A stretch of DNA of 64,000 nt from Carcharhinus amblyrhynchos (Eukaryota), in the NCBI GenBank assembly GCA_965287045.1, contig CBDIYR020000003.1:9424001-9488000 (forward strand). Direction: 5' to 3'. The notes beneath the pieces are model-generated. The model was not told the DNA's origin, made no database searches, and saw only the letters and a list, made by a program, of their open reading frames with translations. Of this stretch, positions 25,298 through 37,299 are shown piece by piece. Numbering within the stretch: the first letter of the stretch is position 1; each line of letters opens with the position of its first letter. The position numbers were made by a program, and so were the translations under genes.

Positions 25298-25336
25298 CAT
25301 TCTTGTACTGGGCTAAGTGACAGCGCTGACACTGTG
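25298..25336 (-). promoter_or_regulatory. 23-bp-spacer RSS of the NAR-TCR J
   Basis: cattcttgt (6/9 match to GGTTTTTGT) + 23 nt + CACTGTG, directly 5' of the J. Confidence 0.82.
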
Positions 25337-25389
25337 GGGAGAATGGAGATTTACAGATGGGTCTGGGACGGTGGTGACTGTCTCAGCTG
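25337..25389 (+). CDS. NAR-TCR J gene segment
   Basis: GEWRFTDGSGTVVTVSA (IgNAR-J-like GxGT motif) followed by a phase-1 donor G|GTAAGT; upstream RSS present. Confidence 0.9.
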
Positions 25390-27592
25390 GTAAGTGACTC
25401 CAAATCCGCCAGTGTTACAGGCGATCCAGGTTAGTTTTCACATTCAGCTCATTCTTGTAATCTGATCACTTCAATCGTCTGTGACTACAAGAGCAACGTG
25501 GGGGAAGGGGGTTCCTGTGGAAGATTTTCAACTGCAGTTTTAGATTTGGGAGCAGAGTAGGAAACTGGAGTCGGGTCCGAGTGTGGGACCAGATTGAAGC
25601 GGTGTGTGACCACCAAATGTGAGACATCGGACGGGGAAGGCAATGTCATTGACCCCATAATGACATTTAATGATTTAGTGGTGGTATTGGATAATACTAA
25701 TAACACGCGGGCTTCCTGTCTCCCAAGTGGTTTCAAATAGCGCACATTGTGAACACTATGGCTTCTGCCCTAGTGTGAACTTTGATTCTCCCTGTGGCTG
25801 TTATGAAAGGTTATCCAGTCTGGAAACGTTGACTCTATTTTCTCACCACATATGCTGTCAGACCTGTTGAGGTTTGCCAACATTTTTCTGTTTTTGGTGT
25901 TGATATAAATCTTTAGCATTATTTTATAAGTTCGTTAATGTACGTGTGGGGAAAATGATTCAGATTAAAGGAACGTTGAATATGATGCCAGTGTGATAAA
26001 AGAAAGAGAAATTGGGCAGAAAGTGGAGTGCGGTGCCACATGGAGTGGTTGCAGTGAATGGCGAAAGGACTTTTTATGACGGTGTGAAAAATCGAGCAGG
26101 GAGAAGGACGCAGTGTTCAGTGTACAAAGGTTTCGTTGGGGATCGAGTGTGAGAGGGGAGTAGGCACGTGTGCCGTGCTGACAAGCGTACTGTGAGCCGA
26201 ATGGCCAATTTCTGTTCTGTACAATCTGTAGAATGTAAAATGCAGAGAGGGTTCTGACTGCAAAACATGGGGAACAATCAACCAATGCATGGAAGGAATT
26301 GAAAATCTCAGGCACATTGAAAAGGCAAATTTCACAGTGACTAATAGTGAACAAGTCAGTCGGGGAAACTGAGCACGCTGATCTCAACTGACATTGGAGA
26401 CTGTCTGGGACAGGTTCTCATGTTGGCAAAAAATCGCAAGCAGTAGGAAGAGAACAACTCAGATTTAGAAATCCGCTGGTATTAACTGTAAATCATTCTA
26501 ATAATATAAATTACAAAATTGATGGACGAAACTGTGTAAAGAGTTAAACTGTATCAAAGTTTGATCTTTGACACATATATGCAATATCAGTTTCACTTAA
26601 TCAGTTTCGCTGGGCGAGTATGACTGTCTTCGCCTGAATCTTGCTGTGAGCCAGGATATAAAAAGGCAGGGTTACCCTCAGTTAATCTACTCTGGACAGC
26701 AATTGTTATAGTGAGAAGAGTGAACTTTCATATAATTTCCTCAGGTTTGGAAATCGCCAAGAAGCAGACACTAAATAGAAAGCATAAAATGAGAAACCAG
26801 AGAAGGGCATCATTCTGGCCAAGTGGCTATTCTTTGCAGGTGCTGCTGAACTTTACATATTTTACCTTCCTGCTCTTTAAAACTCCCGGAATTCTAATCT
26901 GATTCTGGAGATTTCTTCCATTTGCTGTTTTAAAATGACTACTGAATATGTTTCCAATATCACAGCTGGAAAATATCCTACTGAGCAAAATTCGCTGTGT
27001 GATAAAATAAAAATCATCTAAATATTTGCCCCTCGCTCTTTTGCCATTTTTTTCAATTCGTTCTAGGGATGTGGGTGTTCCTAATTGCTTTTGAACTGGT
27101 TGGCTTGTGAAGCCCATTTTAGAAGGCATTTAAGGGGAACCACATTGCTGTGGATCTGGAGTCACATGTACGCAGCACAGATAAGAATAGCAGATTTTCT
27201 TCCCTAAATGACCTTAGTGAAACAGATGTGATTTTAACGACAAGGGACAATGGTTTCATGGTCATCATTAGACTTTGGTTCAACTATTTTTGTGCAATTC
27301 AAATCAAGATTGAATTGAAATTCATATTTCACCATCTGCCGTGGCACCATTCGTTCCTGTGTCCCCAGGGTATTCCATGGATTACTAAATCTCTGGACTA
27401 ACTAATCCAGTGATAATATCACTATGCCACCCTCTTATCAATTATAGTTAATAAATGTCGAAGACCCTTCAATGAAATAATTGCGACAAAATGGTCAGCT
27501 ATTGACGCGATTATGTTTCCCCGGGCAAACTAACATGCAACGCAGGTAATGGCATCATAGAAATATTGTGCATTATTTTATGTGTTCGGCAG

Positions 27593-27898
27593 AATCCAGT
27601 TCATCTGTGTCACAGACCCCGTCTCTCCAAACCCGTGCTGCTGGCGACACCATTACTTTAACCTGCGAATATCAGGGATTTTGTCAACACACACTCGACT
27701 GGTACCGTCACTCGCCAGGACAGAGCCCAAAATACCTGCTTAAGGGATACACATCAGGCGAGGAGAACAAAGAAAACGCTGCCGGGGCGAGAATTTCTGC
27801 TTTTATCGACCCAGTCGAAAAAATCAGCCGGTTAAAGATCTCCAAGCTGCAACTGAGCGACTCCACTGTGTATTACTGTGCACTGAGTCGGCGCACAG
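27593..27898 (+). CDS. Leaderless 'supporting' TCR Vdelta of the NAR-TCR cassette
   Basis: AG acceptor at 27591-27592 in phase with the J donor (G+AA=E); ESSSSVSQTP..LTCEYQGFCQHTLDWYRHSPGQSP..SDSTVYYCALSRR; extra Cys in CDR1. Perfect RSS: CACAGTG 27899-27905, 23 nt, ACAAAAACC 27929-27937. Confidence 0.93.
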
Positions 27899-28441
27899 CA
27901 CAGTGATGCAGAATAGGGAGAGAGCTGTACAAAAACCTAGACGTGGTGAGGATTTCAGAGACAGTGATACAGAACAAGGAGGGAGCTGTACAAAAACCTG
28001 GACATGGTGAGGATTTCAGAGACAGTAATACAGAACAAGGAGAGAGCTGTACAGAAACCTGAGCATGGTGAGGATTTCAGAAACAGTGATACAGATCAAG
28101 GAGAGAGCTGTGCAAAAACCCGATATGGCGAGGATTACATACACAGTGATACATAAAAAGGAGAAGCTGTACGAAAACTTGGACATGGTCAGGTTTTCAG
28201 ACAGTGATGCAGACCACGGAGAGAGCGGTACAGAAATCTGAACATGGTGAGGATTACAGACACAGTGATACAGAACACGGAAAGAGCTGTGCAAAAGCCC
28301 GGACATGGTGAGGATTTCAGACACAGTGATACAGAACACGTAGAGAGCTGTACAAAAACCTGAACATGGTGAGGATTGTAGACACGGTGATAGAGAACAC
28401 TGGGAGAGTTGTACAGAAACCTGAACATGGTGAGCATTACA
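27899..28441 (+). repeat. Tandem array of nine ~61-bp units, each a 23-RSS (heptamer-spacer-nonamer) plus a ~22-nt linker
   Basis: Heptamers start at 27899, 27960, 28021, 28082, 28142, 28200, 28261, 28322 and 28383; each is followed after 23 nt (22 in unit 5) by an ACAAAAACC-like nonamer. Confidence 0.95.
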
Positions 28442-28620
28442 AGAATCTGTAATTTATGTTCAGGCTTTTATTCAGCTCTCTGTGTTCTGTATCACTATGT
28501 CTGTAATCCTCACAAAGCTCAGGCCTCCGTCTAGCTATTTCCCCATTTGAAATCTCTATGCCTGTAAACTTCACCATATTCAGGGTTATGTACAGCTCTT
28601 TCGTGTTCTGTGTCACTGTG

Positions 28621-28926
28621 CTGTGCGCCAACTCATTTCACAGTCAGAATCAGCAGAGTCGCTCAGTTGAAGTTTGGAGACCTTTAACCGGCTGATTCAG
28701 ACTGAAGATTGGATAGAAGCAGAAATTCTCCCCCTGACAGCATTGGCTTTATTCTCCTCTCCTAAAGTGTGTGTCTGAAGCACACATTTCGGAGCCTGTC
28801 CTCGGGTCTGACGGTACCATTGTATTGTGTACTGACAGAGACCTGAATATTCATAGCTTAAAATAAACGTGTCATCGGCAGCACAGGTTTGTACAAGGGA
28901 ACGTGGTGACACAAGTGAGCTGGAAT
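28621..28926 (-). pseudogene. Inverted pseudogene of the supporting Vdelta
   Basis: Minus strand: SSSLVSPR..ILSYEYSGLCQYTIQWYRQTRGQAP..GEENKAN..RISASIQSSV*ISRLKVSKLQLSDSADSDCEMSWRTAQ; Cys23 lost, in-frame stop, YYC degraded. RSS CACAGTG at 28620-28614 plus degenerate array units down to ~28460. Confidence 0.9.
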
Positions 28927-29034
28927 CTGCACTGTAGAAATAAAATAAATTGTTTGTTTATCACCGTTTATCCCGGAAACTTGTCAACCGGGTGAATACC
29001 TATCGGTTGCAGCAAAATGTTTAATTGAATTTAG

Positions 29035-29302
29035 GGGCGGCACAGTGACGCAGTTGCCAATGCTGCCTCACAGCGCCAGGGACCCAGGTTCAATTGCAGA
29101 CTCGGGGCACTGTTTGCACGTTCTCTCCGTGTCCGTGTGGGTTTCCTCCAAGTGCGCTGGCTTCCTCCCACAAGCCCAAAGCTGTGCAGATTTCGTTGAT
29201 TGACATTGACCCCAATGTGAGAGGGAGATTAGAAGGGATTATGGGACTAGGGACTGGGATTGGGTGGGCTGTGGTTTGTTTCTGTACTGTAAGGATTCTA
29301 TG
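29035..29302 (+). mobile_element. HE1-like SINE
   Basis: gggcggcacagtg..tgctgcctcacagcgccagggaccc..gggtttcctcc..actgtaaggattctatga. Confidence 0.75.
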
Positions 29303-32300
29303 AATTTATTTCAAAATGCATTGATTATTGGAGGACAAAAAGAAGCGTGGCAGATCGTCCAACTTCTTTTTCAGGGAGATTTGCAGTGACCTGAATGCCT
29401 TGCAGAATGGGTGGCGCTGGAAGCAGGCTTAACATTAATTTTAAAACGGTAATTGAGGGGGAGAAACTTCTGGGACAGGACAGGATTCCAAGGGGGACGA
29501 AAGAAGAGCGAATGGGTACATTGGCAGCACCTTCAAATTCTGCCATTATTGACAGAATTGTGCTATTTTTTGCTGAGTATGATTCTATTTTTATTAAATA
29601 TCTACGAATCAATATATTGGTGAAGTGCGAACCAGAAAACTAAATCGTAAATCTCACTCTTCTCTTCAATGAATCAATTGTTGTCTAGATTTAATTGCCC
29701 GAAGGAAAATCAGCAGTCTTGTGACCCTGTAAATATCAAGTTTCAGCACAGAACAGAAATTTGCATCCGCACCTATTATACCGAAATAACAATGTATACG
29801 CGTGGGTCAAAAAATGACCTTCGGCCGCAGTTCAACACTGCAAGGTAACTCCTGTCTGCCATTGGGCTATTTATCTCTTTCAATCCATCAATTCTACATA
29901 TTAGCAAGTTGATTTCATTTTATTTCTACATCTGAGTTGTTTTCTGTCTGTTCATGGCGGTTTCTAACCGTCATGAAAACTTGCCCTAATTCCTCTCAGT
30001 TGTCGGTTGGTTCAGACTGTTCAGTTTCCGCAGTGGTTTAACTGTTACTCACTGGGAACTGCCTTCAGGGTTTGTGAGAATTTCAATCTCTTTAGTCTAT
30101 TGGCTGGTTGTTCCTGTCCTCTCCAAACAGAATAGTTCACAACATTCTACTCTTTCCACTTAACACCAATAGGCCACTTGGTCCAGCTGGTCGAAGCTCG
30201 TCTTCGTACACCCTTTCTCCACTGGAATGCGAAATGACCATTTACACCCTGAATTCTGTTTCTACTTACTCCTCTCTCCCGCCCGTATTTTTCAAACTGT
30301 GCCATAAATTCATCACGCTGTTTCTCCAAAGATCGAGTTTCACATTCTGAAGTGTCTCCGTGTAAATACACCCGAATGTTTCTACCTCTTCTGATAGACA
30401 TTTCACATTTCATATTTAATGCCTAATTCTGCCAGAGACCAGGGATCCTGGTTCGAATCCCGCCTTGGAAGTTGATGGAAGTTGACTTCAAATTTAAAAA
30501 CATTATATCAGATCTAAACATACCTGAATTGCACAGCGGGTCCCCAAGGTGGATTAGTCTACCATATTTAATTTAAAAATTTAAAAATTTGAAGTTAGGT
30601 ATCTGCTGGTGACTGTGAAACCATTTCCAATTTTTAGAAAAATGTGATAGACAGTAATGGGATTGACTCTCAACTGCCCTTAAAAATGGCCTAGGCAGCC
30701 ATTGATTTGAAGGGTGATCAGGGATACACAGTAAATGATGGCCAGCCAGCGACGCCATGTCACCCGAATGAATTAAAGGAAAAAAATCAGCTCTCTCACC
30801 GAAGGACTAGTTTGTGCAATGGAGCTTCTTGGAACTACAACATAATGTTCGGTGTTTCTTTGCCGTTTTTCATGTCTTACCGGCCTTCGAGAGCCAAAAG
30901 TCAAAGTTTTTCCAAACTTTCGATACCCATACACATTATAGATTATTTATAACCTCATGAGTGTAATAAACTCACGCTGATAAAAAACAGATAAGAAGTA
31001 AATGTCAATGAGGTACTGGGACAGGCAATCCAAAATTGCAGCTCAGATCAATACCTGCAGTGACAGGAAAACGGGTACATGACACAAATAGCTTCAAGAT
31101 CTAATTTTATAGTTGTAGGTGACATAAAATAGAAATATGGTACACTAATCCACCTTGGAGACCCGCTGTGCAATTCAGGTATATTTAGATCTGATCATCT
31201 ATCTAATATTTTTGACATCGACAAAAAACATAATGCAAAAAGATTTGTCCACCACCAGCGATCAATATGTGGAAGAGAATGCAATTCAAACTTTTTGCAA
31301 TTCTGCCAAAATGATTGTTTATAGGAAGGAAATAAAGCTATGCGCTGCAAAGGGTCGTGAATTTATGGAATTCGCTGTCCCATAGAGCGGTGGTGTCTGA
31401 GCCGTTAAACGGTTTCAAGGAGGTGATGCATGCATTTCTAATGTAAAAAGGGACAAGGGGAAAAAGAGGGGAGGTGAATCTCAGGCCAGGGAGAGATCAG
31501 ACGTGATGTGATTGAATGGCAGAACAGTCTCGAAGGGCTGAATTTTTATACTTCTGCTTCTGATTCCAATGTCCCTATGTTCTAGTTTTTTTTGGATATG
31601 TTCATCAGTAACCTCTATCACACTCTTCAATGTTCTGATCGATCATTCCAGGTCTCATCCTCTGATGTGACTTGTCCAGCCATACAGCAGCGTGGATCAG
31701 AACAGCATTTACAAGTCACCAAGTCCATAGCACCATCCATGCTGCAAAGCCCCCTGTGAAATTCAGAAGCTCATCACTTCCACTCCAATCCAGTGCAGGG
31801 TACTTCCAAACACATTGGAACAGAAATAAAGGGTATTGATAATTTATTTGACTTCAATCAAGATACCGAAGTATTCTGGATGTAACATGCATCCATACAC
31901 TTATCTTTTGCAGTGGGATGCACATTTACCTCGTGGACCAAATCAGGAATACTGGAATCACAGCAGGGAATGTGGTTTGTGTTGTCAAGAAAGCGTTCTT
32001 TCGAAACACAAAGGGTGCATCTTTGCTTTCCTTTTTTTTGCAAACTGAACGCCGTATTATCCATACAGGAAGCAGCTTGCTGCCATCAGACCCAATACAG
32101 GAAGACACCAGGGCTCCTTTGCACTCATGCAAATAATTTCGGCTCTTTTTTACTAAAAGTTACACGAATTGGAAAGAAGCCTATCTCATTCCATGAATCT
32201 GTTGTGAACTCATTGATTCAGATTGATTGCTTTTATGAGAGAACAGCTTTACTGTTGCATCATGCAACTATCAGACGAAATTTACGATTTAGGGACAGTG

Positions 32301-33121
32301 GAGAAAAGATTCTCCTCACAGTTGAAACATTGTAACGATGTATTTGTGAATTAATATTTCCAAATGTGTACTTTGGTTAGCTTCGTTTTATAATTTTCGA
32401 TAGCCCTGGACATTTAGGCATTATTGGTCAATATCCCTAATGGAAGATAAAGTAAAAACAAAAAATGCTCCATAACCACAACAGTTCTGCCAGCAACTCC
32501 GAATGGAAAAATAAGAAAGGTCATGTGATCTCGAAATGTTCACGCTGTTTTTGTCCTCATAGACGTAGCCGGGCCAGCTGTGTTTATTCAGCATTTTATG
32601 TTTTTACCTTCACCTTCGCAGTACTTTACTTCTTTTATGGAAGCTGAAGTAGTTGCCTTTAGTCTTTGTCCATTGTCCTGTGTCAAATCCTCTCTTCTAT
32701 GTTTGTGGGCTCAGGAACCTGGACGTGGAAAGGTGCCTCGTCCGCAGAAGACAGAGTTTGAGGACAATCTTTAATTAAATTTCAGCGGATTTTCTATCAT
32801 CGCGGTTTAAATGATACCAAAGCAGGATATTTATATTCCTTCTATAATCTGGTAAACCAGTGACAGGTAATAATCGGACTCTCTGTCTCCACGTGAATGT
32901 AGAGTAAGCCTAAGGGCTTCCTGGAAAGCGCCTGACGCCTGATGGTCAGACAATGGATTGCAGATTAATTGGCAACAGATGAGACAAGTTATGCTTTATT
33001 TATTACATATCGTGCCCGAGTATACCACTGTGGACCTGGGAGGGGATGCGTTGCTTACATAGACAATTAGGGCTACAGTTAGATATTAATATGCAAATCA
33101 CTTTGGATTACATTGAATTGA

Positions 33122-35709
33122 TTAATTAAATAATTTGCCAATGAGTGTCAGGGGATATTTTACCCCATTCTTTAATTCTTTTCTAAATTGACTCTGGGTC
33201 CCTGCATAAATAAAAGGATTGATGCAGGAACTCAAAAGCTGAAGCATAGTCCCACTTTCATCCAGCATGTATGCTAAGTTGCTGGAATCAGAAACTGAGG
33301 GGTAAGTAACATTCGCAAGTCGAACGTAGAGAATGGTTATAAAAAATAACAAATACAACAGGATGAAACTCCCCGAGATACAGAAGAGTAAAACAATAGA
33401 TTTCCTCCGTTTCTTCATCTCTGGGTCACTCTGATTCTCTCCATTGCTCTGGGCCCGGAGTCTCCTGCGGGCTCTATTGGCCATTGCAATGTGTCTGACG
33501 GTCAGCACATTAAGCAATAAAATCAGAATGAATGGGAGACAAGGTGTTAAAATGATAAGAGTCCAGTCAAATACGATCCATATTAGTGACGTATAAAGTA
33601 TTGCATTTCCGTTACAAAACCAAGGCATGCCATCGATGATAAATAACGGCTCATATGTAAAGTACCAGGGGGTGTTAACAACACCACTCAGAACACAAAC
33701 TGTCCCTATAACCCTCATCGCCGTTTTCTTGCTGCAATATTTCGTCTTCAACTTCTGGCAACAAATGGCAACGAATCGATCAAAGGTAAACACGACTGTC
33801 GTCCAGACAGAACAATCTCTGACTGCATAAATTATCACAAAACTGAGACGACAGACCGGAGTGATAGAGAGGAAGCTGAATGGGAAATAGATACGGGCAA
33901 TCCGGTTTAATATCACAGCTGCAATAATGACCATGAAATCTGTGACCGCCATTGATACCAAATAGTAAGTGATACATCCAGAGAGACCGCATCTTCCACG
34001 GGCTAGGATCACAATCACTGCCAAATTTGCTGTATTGTAGACAAAATAACCTCAGTGAATAAGCAAAACAGAAGAATAGAAGAGAAAACCATTAAAGTAT
34101 TGAAGCGTCAGGAAGCAAGTATGTTGAGAGATCAGAACTGGCAATCCTAGTTGAAGAACACTCTAACTGATTAAAAAATCCCCCCTAAAATGCAGCATTT
34201 TTCCAATACTGTACTGAACTGTCAGGAAAAAAAAACATATTGAATGTTAATCTCACTGTTTGATGAATCAGGTACAGGAAATACAATCAGTTAGTGTCTT
34301 GTTCCACCAATAGAGGAGAAAAGGCGCGACCAAGTAATTGGCAAATCCGATGGCCATTAACATTAAATATATATAACTATTAATATAGCAGAAATGCGTC
34401 ACATGACATTCATTGTACAAAAATGCCAAGTCCCTCACAACGCGAGAAGAAAACTGGAAATGCATTTCATTTAGAAGGCAAGAACGTTCTTTGAATTGAA
34501 AATGGTTTGGGACTCCAGATTAACAATTCATTGAAACCATTGAAAAAATGGTTCAGAGTAGTGAATAAAATATCTCCTACTTGCAATGTTAACGTCATGA
34601 TTCAGTCAGTAGGACTGCCATTTGGTAGTGGACTTTAGATCTACTCCAGGAGTTCAGCACAGATGGAGTTTTACATTGGTTATGTTTTCATCTCCGAACT
34701 GAAAACAATAAACTGAGACCCTATCTGAGTAAGATGCTGGCTAAAAGAAAATCAATACCAATCTTTCTCATTGCAAACAACAAAACAATAAAAACAACAC
34801 AAAAAAAACCACGCACATCAGGATAAATTTGTGACTATTCATTTACAGTCTCAACAACGTAACAGAGCTACATTTAGAGCATGGCAATATTCCCAGAGTC
34901 ACAGTGGCAAGTCACACCAGAACTTACTTTAGTATGAGGATAGTGTTGTGGTAGTGCAGCCACGTTACAGCAAGAACAACCAAATGGTTCACCTACAACA
35001 TGAGTTGGGAATAGTAAGAAGGCGAACTTATAAGTTTGAAATGATGAAATTATCTTGGTTAAGGTAAGATAGTATATTGTTAAAGAGGGTAAATTATGTG
35101 GACAGTGTACAGACATCATATTGGCAAAAGTGAGAAACAACACATTTGAATGCGATTCCTTCAATTCATACACAATCATGAGTCCCAAATCGTTAATTAC
35201 TTTGGGAAATTTGCTCCTTACGTTTTAAGTAATAGACATTGCATGTGATGATGCACTTTGTCATTCACTATATTGATACCATCCGCTGCCCTTCTGCCAA
35301 ACTGCCAGAATAATGATACTCATTGGGTTTCCACTCGCCCAGCCTTGCATTATTTTTTCTCTTCACGTTCAATGACAGCACAACTAATTGTATTTCAGCC
35401 ATGCCAGGCAGAGGGAAAAATGTAATGATTAAAATAAAGGATTACAACTGTCATGGTGTGGAAGGTGAATCTCCAGTAAAATGGGACAAATCACAGCAGG
35501 TAAGAAAAAGATTGTCAACTTAACTGAGAAAAAATATCCCGCAATATCAGTACTGTAGAGAAGCATTTTGGGGAAAAACAGAACAGCATGAGGGATAAGC
35601 AGTGATTCTCATAATGAATAATTAATTGTTAGACTTTACCTGGAACTCCAATAGCAGCAATGACAGGATAGTAAATGGCAAACAGAAGACCTTTCGGTGA
35701 TGAGTGCAT
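33122..35709 (-). CDS. Class A orphan GPCR, GPR139/GPR142-like (exon 1 35709-35640, exon 2 34029-33122)
   Basis: Exon 1 MHSSPKGLLFAIYYPVIAAIGVP + G|GT; exon 2 ANLAVIVILARGRCGLS..YLVSMAVTD..FTFDRFVAIC..TPCLPF..LSSCINPFIY; seven hydrophobic segments; splice phases match. Family call from remembered motifs. Confidence 0.88.
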
Positions 35710-37299
35710 TTCGATCAAAATCCCCAATTGTCTTCTCCGCTGTACTCAGAGAATACCACATTTATCCTTGGTGTCAGGCTCCAGGGAGATAATTAAGTGA
35801 TTAGGTTTGTTTGGATTGTGCTAATCGAAACAAACCCATTGGCAAAATTACTCCGCACCACGTGTTTAAGTTGTTTTTTTCCCCATAGGTTCTGATGTGT
35901 TTTCCACAATTAGAGTGTATAGTATGCTCCCTGTTAAATTATTCCATAAAAAGTAATGAGAATTACAATAGTGGATAGTTTAAATAGTGAAATGAGCATT
36001 GTACAAAAACAATGAATAAGTTTAATCGGTTAATGCTGAGTTAAGTAGTCTCTGCACCAAATAATAATGGACAGTGCTGTTCAAGTCGAGAATGAAAACC
36101 CTGCCTAATTCTCTCTCATTGTCAATATTAAGTCGACATGATGAGGAATCATGTTCCTACTGCTGGAAAATCTCTGTGACTGTGCAGTTTATTATGCATT
36201 CATTGTGGAAGTATACAGGTCAACACACTTACATGCCGTGAGCCAGATCCTGCTTATATATTTTAATTAAATATGACCTGATCCATTTCAGTATAGTTGC
36301 ACTCGCTGTTCAGTTCAGCGCGCTTATATACAACAGGCAGATTCAATCCAACAAGTTTGTAAGCAGCAAGAAGAACAGAGGAATCCGGAAAAAACCCAGC
36401 ACTTCTGCTAGCAGTTGTCAGGAGAGAAACACGGATAATCTTGTGCCCTTGATACTGCATCAGGAATAATTCGATACATTAATTGTGTCTCTCCCTTTAT
36501 AGATGCTGGCGATTATTTGGTGATGCCGGTGTTGGATTGTGGTGGACAAAATGACAAGCCACACGACAGTGGGTTAGAGTAAAACAAGTTTATTTGTAAT
36601 CGCGATCTTTTGAACTGTTGCTCCTTCAGCATCTTGAAAGCTTCTGATTCCAATAAACCTGTTTGCTACAACCTGGATTCGTGTGAACTCTCATGTAATA
36701 GATACTGACTGACCTGCTATGTTCTGTCAGATTCCTCGGGTCTTGTTTCAGATTGCAGTATCCGCGATATTTTGCTTAATTTAACCTGAAACCTGGATGG
36801 GTCAGGCCCACATCAACATGCATGAATTCGTGTAAACAAGTCTAAACCATTAACGTTATTTATAGCACTGATGCATCGAATTCCCACCCAAGCTGGTGAC
36901 AGTGAAAAGCAAAGATTTAGTTCAGCACAGTTAATATCAGCGTAGACAAACCCATTTGAAAAAAAAGACTGGAAATTGTCCAGAATTCAAGATTTCCTAC
37001 TTTGGACGGCCAGGACAAGTTCACTGACAGTACATTCAATTCAATTCGGTCCAGCAAAGTTGCTTTCAGCGTCTACGGGTTCAGATCAGCTTTGTTCATC
37101 ACACAATCTCTATGCCCCACTATCAGCCATGGGAATATTTGAGGGTCTTGTTTAATTGAGTGAAGAACCATCACTCACCAGACTGTACCAGACTGAACGG
37201 GTTTCCATGATGAGCAGGGTAACCAACTCCACTCGTTTCTTCAAATAAAAGTGATTGCTTTGTACAGGCTCAGCAGTTCCAGTTTTTAGTGGGAAATGG

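Noticed and set aside
24460-25389. IgNAR or IgH cluster
   Set aside because: No Ig constant exons follow; the J splices in phase to a leaderless TCR V with a CDR1 Cys, which is the NAR-TCR layout.
27864-27880. Embedded heptamers CACTGTG and TACTGTG as V-replacement signals
   Set aside because: They arise from the T-V and Y-C codons; no nonamer at 12 or 23 nt.
28016-28437. Minus-strand repetitive ORFs (28016..28339, 28189..28437)
   Set aside because: By-products of the tandem array; no splice or domain support.
27899-28441. CRISPR-like repeat-spacer array
   Set aside because: The ~61-bp period is CRISPR-like, but the whole unit is repeated (no unique spacers), the DNA is vertebrate, there are no cas genes, and the units are RSSs.
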